Assembly (NCBI GenBank): GCA_004431415.1
Contig: QPMI01000017.1
Span: 62,001-126,000 of the forward strand
Length of the DNA stretch: 64,000 bases
DNA from: Cyanophora paradoxa CCMP329
Lineage: Eukaryota; Plantae; Glaucophyta
Direction of reading: 5' to 3'
Position 1 is the stretch's first letter. The number at the start of each line of letters is the position of its first letter. The position numbers were made by a program, and so were the translations under genes. The notes beneath the pieces are model-generated. The model made no database searches and had not been told where the DNA came from. It saw only the letters and a list, made by a program, of their open reading frames with translations. This document shows, piece after piece, positions 49,001-61,455 of the stretch.

Positions 49001-49088
49001 GGGTGGCGTCGGGCGGCGACGCAGTACGTACGAGGGCCAACAGTTCGCGCCGGCTCGCTCCGAAGTCCGGCTCCGGCGGAGCCGACAT
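46044..49088 (-). CDS. Multi-RRM RNA-binding protein with a Pro-rich linker and C-terminal coiled coil
   Basis: RRM-like units GVFLQFDRIEDCAAARAAMDGEVVLGGPIRIGF, ELREEFLRYGRVARV..AAVAMESPEEA, ITKVRF..AAAVQFARSDDAAEA, FLERVFG..ARVTFGE. Confidence 0.7.
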
Positions 49089-49380
49089 TGCTTGATAGTA
49101 GTGGCGTGCCAGCCGCGAAATTCGATCCGAGGCGACGTGCCAGCCGTGGAGGAGCGGCGTGCGTGGAATTTGATCTTCTGTCAAGCTGTACCCCCACCAC
49201 GAACGACGCTTCGGGCCCTCGCGCGCTCCAAAGCTGCCGGATAAGAGCCTTTAATCGCCCTTCTTTGTATCTGGGCGGTGTAGAGCATCACCGCCGTCCG
49301 GCCGTCGGTTATCGTCCGTTCGAGCGTGACACAGTCCGCGAGCGGAGCCGGCAGCTTTTGCAGTATAGCAGTGAGCTCCT

Positions 49381-50320
49381 ATGTATCGGCGAGCAGAAAG
49401 GCTCCCGCGAGATGCGGCCACTTCTCCCGACGAGACCCGCCTGACCCTCGACCCGTACTCTGGATCAGTGCGGTGGGATGGACAGGTCAGTGGACGCTTT
49501 CTGAGCCCCAGGAGCCTGCTCGCACGCGATCTGACCCGCGTTGGTTGCAACGCGCAGATCCCCAAGCCGCAGGTCGTTGACATTGTGCTGCCGCCGGATC
49601 TCGTTTCCGAAGAGCTCGCGGGTCGGCTGCGGCCTTACACCGGTGACGAGCTCCCCGAGCTTGGCATCCGCGTCGTGCCTGCAGCGACCGTGCGTCTGCT
49701 CAGCAGTCGTCGCCGGCGAGCGCTCCACGGAATGACTCCCGCGCAGCCGGACGAGAAGCCGTCAGTGGAACTGTATGTGGAGGGCGATGACGGTCGCTTT
49801 GCACATCTCGTCGGAGGGACCAAGCCCATCCTGCAGTTCCGGCCCACGGACAACGGCGCGAAGGTGGGCCACCTCAGCGCGACCATCGGACCCCGCACAT
49901 CTGACCGGAGAGGGACGCAGATCATGTACACGAAGAGCGACGGCTCGGAGCAGGTGCGTGGGCCGGCGGTCTCGGCGGCCTGGCCCTGCTGACTCTCGCC
50001 TGCAGGAAGCCTACACGATCTCGGTCTCCAACACGGAGGTGCGCCCCCCCCGCGCGCCGCCGGCAGACCGCGAGCCGACCGCGCTGCACCCGCAGGTCTC
50101 GGTGCGGTCGCCGATGTTCCACACGTCGATGTCGGGGCCCCGGACGATGCCGGAGGCGAACAACATGCTGGACGCGGAGATCAACGAGGTGTCGGGCCTC
50201 CGGGGGGAGGACATGGCCGGCTTCGCCGCGCCCTGCAGCGCCTGGGGCGCCGAGGAGAGCGCCGAGGACGCGGTCGAGCACGTCGAGGAGGATGACCTCC
50301 TCTCCGCATCATTCCTGTAG
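49381..50320 (+). CDS. Hypothetical protein (spliced), acidic C-terminus
   Basis: Clean GT-AG introns join in-frame exons (..SDGSEQ|EAYTISVSNTE|VSVRSP..). No family recognised. Confidence 0.55.
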
Positions 50321-51456
50321 GGCCCTAGCTAGACATCGGGCATTTTTGCAACGCGGGCGCTCTCCCGTGCATTGAAGCGCGCGGAGACGTGCTGCAAGGC
50401 GGGGGAACCACCAAGCCCTGAAGCCCACCATTCGCGAGCGGACGATTTGGCGGCTACAATTCGAACACGCTGTTGCGGCGATGGGTGCTTATACGGGGAC
50501 AGCGGCCGCAAGGGAGGGGGTTCTATCGTCGGCCCCGCTGTCAAGCTTCAGAGAGCTCGAGGGGCCCGGGGGCTCCGCAACGGAGCTTGGCGCCGGCCGG
50601 CCCGGGGCCGCCAGCGCCCCTGGTGCTGGAACCGGAGCTTGGCGCAGGCCGGCCCGGGCTCGGATCACGCATATGATCTAAATCACTGCGTTCCGACGCT
50701 CTCCTCCACCCACGCCACTATGGCCAGCCGCTCCCGCCCGGTAGCGTCGCCGCGGCCGGCGCCGGCCTGTCCCCGAAGCGGCGGGGCCAGGGCAGCTGCT
50801 TATGTGCGTGTCCATGCGCTTGCTAGCTTATGCATGTGGCGCCAACAGTGCCACGGCCGCGGCCATGGATCGGAAGGGCAAGTGGCACTTGTGTTTCGGC
50901 TGACCGGTGAAGGCCTGCGGGCAAAAATAGCTCCAAAGCGAGCTTAAGCGCGCGCTGCGCACGCTTGAGCTCAACGCGTACGGCCGTGCGCCGTGCAATT
51001 GCAATTGCCTACCCAGCTCGTCGACGGCGCCGTACCCTGCTCAAGCTCGACCCGGAGTCGACCGCTGCACCGACTAAAGGGTGAGCCCGAGTGAAGGAGC
51101 GCTGGCAGCTGCCACGCGGCGCTCGGCGGCGATGTCGAACTCAAGGAGCGCGATGTGTCGTGCAAAGCAGAAGGACTGCAGTTGCCCAGCCGCGCTGGCG
51201 TGCCAGCGGTACGGTGCGCGTGGTACCGGTGCAGGACAGCGGGCAGCGCTCGTCCATGCAGAAGTCGACGCCGCATCGCACATCTACGGGCCACGCATTA
51301 GCGCCATTAGCAGGCGTCCAGCACTAGCATCCTTCACAGCAGGACCATAACATCCAAGCAGCTAGCAGATCCAAGCACAACAGGCGCCCAGCACTAGCAC
51401 ATCCAAATCACAGCAGCAGCATCGATATCGATCGCGCAGCAGCACCGAACGAGCAG

Positions 51457-53713
51457 ATGGGCCTCTTCTCGCGCAAGACCGTTCCCGATGAAGAGCGGTG
51501 CGAGGCCCTGACGAAGGCCGGCGCCGGTCCGCGCTGCACCGCGAAACGCGCCGCGGCCGCGCACTACTGCGCCCACCACGCTACGAAGATGGCGCGCGCG
51601 GCTGGCAAGGGCGGGCTCAACGCGCCAAATGAGCGGCCACAGGAGGCGAAGGAGACCGAGCAGGGACCGGATATCACGTTCGACCTGGAGCCTTTGTCCC
51701 CCCGCTCCGGAGCCGGCGACGCGGAGGAGCAGCCCGAGCAGGAGCGGCCCCGCAGCGCGCTCGACAGCATACTCGGGTTGATGGCGAGCCGGGAGCGGCC
51801 CATGTGCGCGCGCCGGTCCCGCGCAGTTGCTTCTGCCGCCTCTAGCTGACCCCGCGCCGCGCATGCGCAGCGGGAGCGACGCCGGCGAGGAGGACCTGGA
51901 GGAGAAGCCGCGCGCGCGGCCGACCTCGGCCCCCGCGACGCCCCTCGACAACGGCGGGTCGGCCCCCCCCCTCTCTTCCCCCGTGCCGCCGCGCGCGCGC
52001 GCGCGCCCTCGCTGACGGAGCGCGCCGCAGCGCCGGCGCGCTGGACGAGCTGATCCCGAGCCCGGGGGCGCGTTCGGACGGGCCCGACACGCCGCTCTCG
52101 CCGCTGCGGCGGGCGCTCTCGTCCAAGTCCAAGTCGGGCGGGCGGGGGGTGCCCGTGGCGGCCCTCGTCGAGTCGTTCCGGCGGAGCGCGCGCGGCGCCG
52201 GCATCACCGTCGCCCGCCTCGAGCTCGAGCCGGCCGCCCCCGCCCCCTGGCCCCAGGCCGGGGCCCCCGACCACTACTACTACGGCGGCGGCGGATCCTG
52301 CGAGCAGTGCGTCCCTTTCTTGACTCCCCCACGCGCCCGAGCCCGAGCTCACGCCGAGCCGCGGGGCAGGGGCTGGCCGGCGCCGGAGGCCGGCGCCTGG
52401 CCCCAGGCCGACCGCTGCGGCGAATATGCATCCTGCAAGCAGTGCGCCTCTTTCTTGCCTTCCCCACGCGCCCGAGCCCGAGCTCACGCTGAGCCGCGGG
52501 GCAGGGGCTGGCCGGCGCCGGAGGCCGGCGCCTGGCCCCAGGCCGACCGCTGCGGCGAATTCGAATATGCATCCTGCGAGCAGTGCGCACCCACATCCCG
52601 CGCCGGCGCCTCCGCGGCTGCGCTGGCGCTGAGGGGCTGGGCGTGGCAGGGGCTGGTCGGGGTCCCTCCCGGGGCAGGATCTTGGCTTCCCCGTGGCTCG
52701 CTCTCTCTCCTCGGGCCAGCTGCTCGCCCGCCGGTCCGCCCCGCCCCGCCTCTTTCCTCCCTGCCCCCTTTCGCTCACGCGTTTTGTTGGGCCCGCAGGC
52801 CTGAAGAGGCGCCGGCACCGCTGCTGCCGCCCTCGGGGAGCCTGCGCGAGCTGGCGGCGATCATCGACGCCGGCGGCCGGCCGGGGGCCCCCGCCGGGCC
52901 CCTCGCGCCCCCGCCCCCGGTGGAGCCGCAGCCGAGGGCGGCGCGCCGCAGCGCTCGCCCCGGCGGGGCCGCGGGGAGCCGCCCTCGGGGGCCTCGGAGG
53001 ACCCGGCCGCCTCCCTGCCGCGGGTGGCGGGGACGGGCCTCGCGGCGGCAGCGGCGGCGCCGGCGCCCGGGACGTGGACGGGGGAGGCGCGGGCCTTCGA
53101 GGCGCACGCGGGGGCCCTCCTCGAGTCGGCCATGCGCGGCCTCGCCGGCGCCCGCCTCGTGCGCGGCGGCCCGGCCGCCCGCGCGGCCGGCCTCGGGCGC
53201 CCCGCCGCCCTCACCGACCGGGCCCTCGTCTGCTACCCGGACGCGCTGCTGCCGAGCCTCGAGCTTCGCTCGCGGGACGTGACGCCGGCCTTCACGGTGG
53301 AGAGCGCGGCGCTGGAGGGCCGGGAGACGGTCCTGGGGCGCGGCTTCCCCCTCCAGCCGCGCCTCGGGGCGGCGGTGCTCGTGCTGGACGCCCACGTGCA
53401 CGACCCGCGGGGGCCCCTCGCCCCCGCCCACGTCGAGCGCCTCGGGCGCGCCCGCGACATCGCGCGCGCCCAGCTCGCCGTGCTCCTCGTCAGCGCCGAC
53501 GCCGCCGTCCCCGCGGAGGCCCAGGCCGAGGCGGAAAGCCGGGGCGTGCTCATCCTGCGGGACGGCGAGGGGGCGGCGCGGCGCCTCGCGGCGCTCCTGG
53601 CGCTCCACTTCGCGCGGGCCGCCGACGCCGACGAGAAGCGCGCGCTCGACAGCGTCGCCCTCTGCCTCCCCTGGGGCCTCCTCGCCCGCTTCTTCTACTC
53701 GGAGCGCACCTGA
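51457..53713 (+). CDS. Protein with an N-terminal C3H zinc-finger-like motif, internal repeats and a C-terminal Mrr/PD-(D/E)XK-like fold
   Basis: MGLFS start; CEALTKAGAGPRC...HYCAHH; C-terminal ARAFEAHAGALLE..YPDALL..VLVLDAH..VERL..AVLLVS..AQAEAESRGVLILRDGE. Confidence 0.6.
52240..52660 (+). repeat. Three tandem exon+intron units (period about 135-141 bp)
   Basis: Introns 52307-52369, 52442-52504 and 52583-52649, each followed by a QGW.. exon. Confidence 0.85.
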
Positions 53714-54047
53714 AGGCGGGGCCCGGGCAGTCTTATCGATATCCTTGCACAGTTTTCATTGTACAGCGATCGTAGGCCCAGCGATCGACCACGTCCTGCG
53801 ATTTATCATGCAGTTGAGCAGCGACGTGAATGCCCCATTCCAGTGAAGCGCGTTGTAATTATGAATGCAGACCCGTTTCAGACAATGTCCTGAGCGCTAG
53901 TGCCGCGTGAGGCCCAAAACGAAGCGTGCATTGCCAAGACAAGCTAGAAAGGCTGCAGGTGGGGCGGTGGCGAAAGGGGGTGTGGCGCGGGAAGGGGAGG
54001 AGGGGCCAGGGCCGGGGCGGCGGGGCCCGGGGGGCGGGGCCGGGGGC

Positions 54048-56008
54048 CTATTGGGCCTGGATGCCCTCGTCGCCATACTGCCGGAAGGACGGCTGCTGCT
54101 GGATGCGGTTCGCGAGGACGTAGGACCGGAAGAGCAGGCCCTTGGTCTTCTCGATCACCTGCTGCTGGCTGCGCGACCCGCCGTCAGCTTCGCACCGGCG
54201 AGCGAGGCGGCGCGGGGCGGACATGGTGGGGAAGGAGGAGCCCATGATGACGTGGTTGGCCTTGGAGTCGATCTTGGCGTCGAGGCGGGCGTTGCGGATG
54301 AGGTTGACGATCCACTTCTCGGCGGCGACGGGCTCCATGTTGAGCTTGCCGGCGAGCATGCCGATGTCGATGGTGCGGTGGATGCGGCAGTACGTCTCGA
54401 AGACCGAGAGCCGCGCGTTCTCCGTGAAGTCGTCCCGCGTCGCCACAAGGTAGAAGTCGCTCACCAGCACCTGCGGGGGGGACGAGCGAGGGTGAGGCGC
54501 GCGCTGCGGCCGAGGCGGGCGGGCGGGCGGGGGGCGGGGCGGGGCGAGCGCACGTCGTCGCACTCGCGGAGCTTCTGCTGCGCGAGGTCGAAGTCGAACT
54601 TGCCGTACAGCGCGACGACGAACTCGGTGATCGGGTCGCTGTACGCCTCCTGCTCCTGCTGCAGCACCTTCACCAGGTTCCGCAGCGCCTCCGGCTTCCG
54701 CTTCTTGTGCGTGATCACCGCCGTCGAGAGGTACCGCAGGACCCACGGCGCCCGGATCTGGATCGCGTTCATGTAGCTGCGCAGCCGCCGGCCCGCGTGT
54801 CAGCGCCGCGGCCGTGCAAAGCGGGGCGCGGAGGAAGGGAGGGCTCGCGCACTACTTATCGAAGAACATATCGATGATCTCGTTCCGGCCGTTCGGGTGG
54901 TTGAAGAAGACGAAGAGGGACCAGTGCAGGAGCCACGTCCTGTGCTGCAGCTGCGTCGCCGGCGGCGCCGTCTTCTCCTGCGCAATCGGGGAGCGCGTCG
55001 GCAAAGAGGACGAAAGGAAGGAAGAAAAGAGACGCAGGGGCGCACGCGGTTGTCGATGCTCTCGCGCAACCGCTTCAGGTCCTCGAGGGCCTGGTCCCAG
55101 TTGTGCATGAGGATCTCCGCCGCGAGCTTGCCCCACAGAGCGCTGAAGTTCTTTTCCAGGTTCGTGCTCAACGCCCTGGCGAGGGCGTTCGGGGGCTGGA
55201 CAGCGGGGCGAGCCACCGAGGGCGGCGCCGCGCACCTGTAGTACATCAGGTACTCCGCCGCCGCCGAGTAGTTGCCGCACTCGAACTGCCACTTCGCGAA
55301 GCTGTAAAGCTTCTCGAGCGCGTCCGGCGGGATGTCCTGCGAATGCATGTTTGAGCGACGCTCGGGCCGGGCCGGCAGAGCCCTGCGGCAGAGCGTGCGG
55401 CGCCCGAACCTCGTAGCGCTCCGAGATATAGGACCACTTGAACATATTCTGGGACCGCAGGTCCTTGATGAGTTCCTGGTCTTGCAGCAGCTCAATCTGC
55501 GCGGCAATCGCGACGGGCGCGGGAACGGATCAGCGCGGCCGACACAGGCCCGCTAAGTGCGGGCCAAATGAGCGGATTACGGCGAGCAGCGTACCAGAGC
55601 GCCGGTGCTCGCGCTCAGGCGCTTGAGCTCCGCGACGACCTGTGTACGGTAGTCCTTCATGCCTGCGCGGCGCGGCGAGCGAGTGCACGCGGTTTAGCTT
55701 CCGATAGCTTGGACATGGCGCGATGGAGGGTCGCACTCTGCGGCACGTCCTCCACGTTGTGCAGTTTCTTGTGGATGTCCATCGCGAAGTCGACCATGTT
55801 CGTCTTCGAGATGAGCTCGAGCTTCACCTTCAGGACTTCATCCGGGGAGTAGATCTACGGAACGCACGCGTCGGCGGGACCCCGCGCGGTGGGCGGGAGG
55901 TCGCACCTGTGTCTCCTGGAGGAACTCCAGCATGGGCAGGATGAGATGCCTGTCCAGGAACGGGCCGATGCGCGGCAGGAGATCATACTTCGCTCCTTCG
56001 GCCTCCAT
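54048..56008 (-). CDS. EIF3E: Translation initiation factor 3 subunit E
   Basis: [94 protein letters not shown]. Confidence 0.97.
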
Positions 56009-56122
56009 CTTGCTGCGATTTGTAGTGCGCCGTACCCCCCGACGGCCTTACCTTCGAGACGGAGCCCACGCGAGTAAAGCCGCTATCGGAAGCTAAACCG
56101 CGTGCACTCGCTCGCCGGCGCG

Positions 56123-59100
56123 ATGGAGGACACGGTGCCGCCGAACGACTTCCTCGGTTGTTTAAGGTGCGCCCCGCGCAACGTCAACCGTTCCCGGCGC
56201 CCCGCTGAGCGCTCGAGCAGGCTGCCGACGTTCAGGAGGCTGCAACGGCCCTCGCGTATGGACGAGCGCCCCGGACCGGCCGACTGGGTGCGTGCGCCGC
56301 GGAGCTTTGCGGGGCAGCGCTCCTCCCTTCAGCCGCCTCCGGCTAAATCCCATAGCGATGAGAGAGTACGGGGAAAGAATCGTGTTCGCACGCGCTTCAT
56401 GCGACCAGCGCGAGCCGCCGCGGTGCCGCGCCCGTTCCCGCCGTGACGCCGTCCTGCACGCGCAGCTGGGCGAATCTCCGGCAGAGCACGACATCGTCAA
56501 GGCCATCACTGACATCATCGCCAAGGAGAAGACTCTGGTCCCGGCCTCGCCTCGCCCGCGCCGCCGGCAGGGCCGTGCTCGTGTTGACCGCCGTTGGTGT
56601 GGCCGCGCAGATCTCCCTCAACACGCTGACGGATGAGATCCTCGTGAAGTTGAAGAACGAGGGCAGCACGCGCAAGGCGCGCGGGCCCCGGCGCGGGGCG
56701 CCGGCGCGCCGCCGCCTCTGACCGGGGTCGGCGTGGGCGGGGCGCAGCGGGCGAGCTCCGGGGAGGTCTCCGCCTTCGAGCAGCAGTACGAGAAGCTGAG
56801 CGTGGCGATCCACATGCTGCGGGAGGACCAGAGGACGGCGGTCAACACGCTCGTGACGAGCTGGGACGCCCTCCGCAGGGAGCGCGACGAGGCGATGCGC
56901 AAGGCGACGATGGCCAAGCGCCGCCGCACCAACGACGGCTCCCCGGCGCCCGCCGCGCGCGAGCCGCGCCCCGTCCCGCGCGGCTCGCTGCGGGGCGTGC
57001 GGTCGCCGCGGGCGCGGAGCCCGGCGGGGGGCGGGGCGGGCGAGAAGGGGACGCCGCCCAAGGAGAAGGACCGTGGACCTTCGAGCTGGGCGCGCTCTCC
57101 TTCCGGGGCGGCATGGGCCGCAAGCCTTCCTTCGCCCTCTCCTGGCGCAGCGGGGACTCCCCCGGGCCCGAGGGGGCCGCCCCGGACGCCCTCCCCCCGG
57201 CCCCCTCCGGGGGCGGCGGCGGGGGCGGCGGGGGCGGGCTGCTGCCGCCGGAGCTCGCGGGCCTGAACAGCCCGCAGGCGAGCCCGCGGGACTTTGAGGC
57301 GGCGCCGCTGCCGGCCTCGATGCGGCCGGTCGAGTCGGCGGCGTCGCTCTCGTCGCTGGGGGGCCTCTGCGTGGCGGACGCGGCGGTGCAGACGGAGGTC
57401 GCCGGGCAGCAGCTCCTCGACTCCGTCGCCGCCCTCGAGTCCAAGCTCCGCCAGCACGAGGCCCGCCCCGCCCCGCCTCCCCGTCCCCCGGCCTCTCGCT
57501 CACCCGAGCGGCCCCTCAGATGACGATCGCGACGCTGGCGGAGGAGTCGGCGGGGGTGCGCATCGAGCGGCTCTCGCTGCGGCAGGAGGCGGAGGACTAC
57601 CGCCTCCAGGCGCTGGACGCCCAGGAGGACCTCGCCCTCCTCCGCGACAAGGCCGAGGCGGCGGCGCGCGAGGCGGAGGAGGCGAGGGCGGCCGCTGCGC
57701 AGCGGGCGGCGGAGGCGGCGGAGGCGGTGCGGAAGCTGGAGGAGCAGCAGGCGGCGATGGCGGAGCTGCGGCAGTACAGCGAGACGATGGCGATGACCGC
57801 CGAGGCGGCGGCGAAGGAGCGCAAGCTGCAGACGGACTGGATGCGCGCCATGGCGCTCGAGCGGGAGGCGATCCGGGGGAAGCTGGAGGCGGCGGAGCGG
57901 GCGGCGGAGGAGGCGGCGCGGCAGGCGGCGAAGCGGGAGGGGCAGATCTCGGCGATGAACCGGAAGATGGCGGAGATCGAGCAGTTCACCGAGGAGCTCT
58001 CGCGCCGCCTCACCCAGAGCGACCTCCACCGCTCCGAGCTCCAGGACGAGCTCCTCAGGCGAGCCGCCGCCCCTCGCCTCCGGCCCCCCTTCCTCTCTCT
58101 CTCTCTCTCCCCCCCCCCCCCCCCGCCCCATGCGAGCCGGGGCCTTCGTTCGCAGGGTGGCGAACGAGCGGGAGGACGCGCTGCTGCGGCTCCGCGAGCT
58201 CGAGCTCCTCCACCAGTGCGCCCCCCGGGGGTACGCGGTCTCGCGTCTCGAGCTGCGCCGACGCGCGGCCGGCAGGGGCGTGGAGGCGGGGGTGCCGCGG
58301 GTGCGGGCCGGGGACGGGGAGGAGCACGCCGGGGTGGGCGCGGGGCGGCGCCCGCGGGCCCTGGGGGAGCACGGCGAGGCCTTCTCCGCCTCCGTCTCCG
58401 TCCTCTCCGCCGGCTCCCTCTCCCCGCCCCCCTCCGAGCCCGACTCCGCCGGCGAGGAGCACGTGCGCCCCGGGCCGGCCCCGCCCCTCCCGGCCCGCTG
58501 GCTCACGGCGGGGCGCGCAGCAGGTGCCGCCGCCCAAGCGGGGCGTCACGATGGCGCTGGCCGAGTTCCACGCGCCGGGGAGCCCGCTGCGGGGGCGCCG
58601 CGCCGGCCCGCGGCGGCCCCGGACGGAGCCGAACACGCCGCGGCGGGGCCCGGCCGCCTCGCCGGTCTCGCCCCGCTCGGCCTCGCCGCCGGCGGCGGGG
58701 CGCGCGCGCTCGGGGTCGTGCGAGGTGGTCACGGCCCTGCCCCTCTCCAGCCGCTCCTCCCCGGCCCTCCCCGAGCGGTCCCAGAGCTTCACCCTCCAGG
58801 CCCGCCCGCCCCTTCCCTCCCGCGGCTGAGGCGGCTGAGGCGAGGCGGCGCAGGAGGTGCGGGGGGCGGTGACGCCGCTGCCGCCGCAGGAGGAATCGCT
58901 GGCGGAGCTCGAGCGCGCCCGCGCCGAGCTCGCCGAGGCCCGCGCCCTCGCCGAGGCCCGCCCCGCCCCGCCCCGCCCCGCCCGCCCTCTGACGCCTCGC
59001 CGCGCCCGCAGGAGCTGGCGCGGGCGCGGGAGGAGCTGGCGGCAGCGCGAGCGGAGCGCGAGGAGCTGGCGCGGGCCCGCGAGGAGCTCGCCGCGGCGCG

Positions 59101-61160
59101 CGCAGCCGCCGCGGAGCTCGAGCAGGCGCGGGCCGAGGCGGCGGCGGCGCGGGCGCGGCGGAGGCGGCGCGGGGCGCGGCGCAGACGCGGGCCGAGGAGT
59201 GCGCGGCCCTGCGGGTGAGCGAGAAGCGCGGCCAGGGTTAGGGTGCGCGGGAGGGGCGCCGAGGGGCGTGCGGCGGCGGGGCAGGCGCAGGCGGAGGCGA
59301 TGGAGGGGGAGCTGGCGTCGCTGCGGGGGGCGGTGGGGAGCCCGGCGCGCGCAGCCGCCGCCAACCTCGCCGCCTCGGCCGAGACCCGCGCCGCCCGCGA
59401 GGCACGCCCCGCCTTGCCCCGCCCCGGGCGCGCCCCCCCTGACTCTGGGCAGCGGGAGGAGGCAGAGGCGCGGGCGCGGCTGGAGCGGGCGGCGGCGGCT
59501 GAGCGGGAGGCGGCAGCGGCACGGCAGCGCGAGGAGAGGGAGGCGGCGGGGCGGCGGGCGGCGGCGGAGGCGGCGGCGGCGGCGCGGCAGGCGGAGGAGG
59601 CGGAGCGGCTGCGGGTGCGGGCGGCGCGGGTGGAGGAGGCGGAGCGTGAGGCGCGCCTGCTGAAGGAGGAGCTGGCGGCGCTGCGGGCCGAGGCCGGCGC
59701 CGCCCGCGAGGAGACCGCCCGCCTCTGCGCCGCCGCGACAGAGCACGCCCGCCTCGTCCGGAGACTCCCCGCGGAGCACAGCGAGGCGCGTCGGCGCCCC
59801 GGCGCCCCCTCTGACCCTCCACGCCCCGCCACTGCTGACGGGGCGAACGTTCGGCCTCCCCCGCAGGGGAACGGTCGCCCCGTGGAGGCGCCGGAGGGGC
59901 AGGGCACGAGGAGGGGGCGGGCGCGGGCGGGGAGCTGGCGGTGCTGCGGCGCCAGGTGGCCGCCCTCGCGCGCGTCCTCGCCGAGACGGAGCCCCTCGTC
60001 GAGCCCAGGCCCGCCCGCCCGCCCCGCCCCGCCCCGCCCGCCCTGCCCTCTCCGCCTGAGCGGCGAGCGCGCAGCTGACGCTCCGGTCGGACTCGTTCGA
60101 GCGGCCCGGCAGCGGCGCCTCCACGCCGGGCGGGGCGCTGGGGCCAGCGCCCCCAGAGCCCCGCCCGGCCCCTCCGCCGCCGCCACTCGGGCGACGGCAC
60201 CGCCTCCGCGGGGCCGAGGCCGGGCCGTCGGCTGCTGGGCGGGGCCCGGCCGGGGCTCGCCGGCCGCGCGCCCGCCGCCCCGGGCCATGTCCAAGTCCTT
60301 CCCCGCCCCCGCCAAGCCGGCCCCCGCCGCTGCCGCACCAGCCGCCCCGGCCTCTGCTGCAGCGGCGGAGGCGTCGATCGCGAGCACGGCGGCTGCGGAC
60401 GACTCGCGGATAGCGGCGGCGGCGGCGGAAGCAGCGGCGGCAGCAGCAGCAACGGCAGCAGAAGCAGCAGCAGCGGGCGAGGAGGCGGTGGCCAGCACGC
60501 CCGCTCCGGCAAAGGAGGCGGCGGCCGGCGCTGCGGCAGCAGGCGCGACGCCGGCAGGTGGGGAGGCGGCAGCCGCTGCGGTGGAGACCGCGCCATTGGA
60601 AAGAGAGATGCAGGCGGCGGAGCGGAGGGAAGGAGCGCGGTCGTCGGCGGCGGGCGCGGCGCTTCGAAGCAACGACAGCGGCGCCGCGGAGGCCTCGGCG
60701 GAGGCGGTGGCGGGGCCGGGCCCCGAGGCCGGCGAGGCGGGCCCGCGCCCGCCGTCCAGCCGGCGGCGGAGGCGAAGGCGGTGAAGAAGGGCGCGGCAAA
60801 GGGGCCCGCGGGCGCCGCGGCGCCGCAGAGGGCGGGCGGCGCGGCCGGCGGCAAGGCACCGGCGGGGGCGGCCGCGGCGGGGAGAGGTGCAGCGGGTGCG
60901 GGCGCAGGTGCAGCGGGGCCAGCGGCGGGCGCGGGCCGGCGCGGGCCACGGCGACCGCGAGCTCGAAGCTGGCGCCCGCCCCGGCTCCCGCGAGCCGCCC
61001 CGGGGGTGCAAGTGCAGCCGGGGCCGAGGAGGCAGGCCCGCCGGCAGCGGCCCCGACGCCCCGGCCCCCTGCAGTCGTCTCGGCGAGCAAGGCGCCCGCA
61101 GGCAAGCAGCCCCCGGCGCCCGCAAGCACCAACCGCAAGAAGTCCAAGAAGAAGAAGTGA
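56123..61160 (+). CDS. Long coiled-coil, Ala-rich protein with a basic tail (KKSKKKK)
   Basis: Intron-bounded heptad-rich exons such as 57520-58057 and 59450-59790. No family recognised. Confidence 0.65.
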
Positions 61161-61455
61161 GAGTCAGTAATTGCCACTGTTTGCCAGTAGAGCTGAAGCT
61201 TAGCCTCCAGCTGCAGTCGACTACTTTGTAGAGCCCCAGGCCCCTAGGGGCCATATAAAATATATTGAATTGCAATTGTTCCGTTTGCTCGGCGGCCCAG
61301 CCCTTCGAATTTCCCTGGCCGCAGTGGCCCTAAAGCTATGCCTTCCCGGCCTGGCACCCCTCCCAGCCGTCCGAATTCGAACTTCACTGAGTGAGTCAAG
61401 GGCTTCGCCGATCGCGAGTCGGAAGTTCGAATTCTAGCTATATATCATAGTATAT

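Noticed and set aside
50330-51440. Short ORFs between the two hypothetical genes
   Set aside because: No recognisable motif or consistent exon chain; a small minus-strand gene cannot be excluded.
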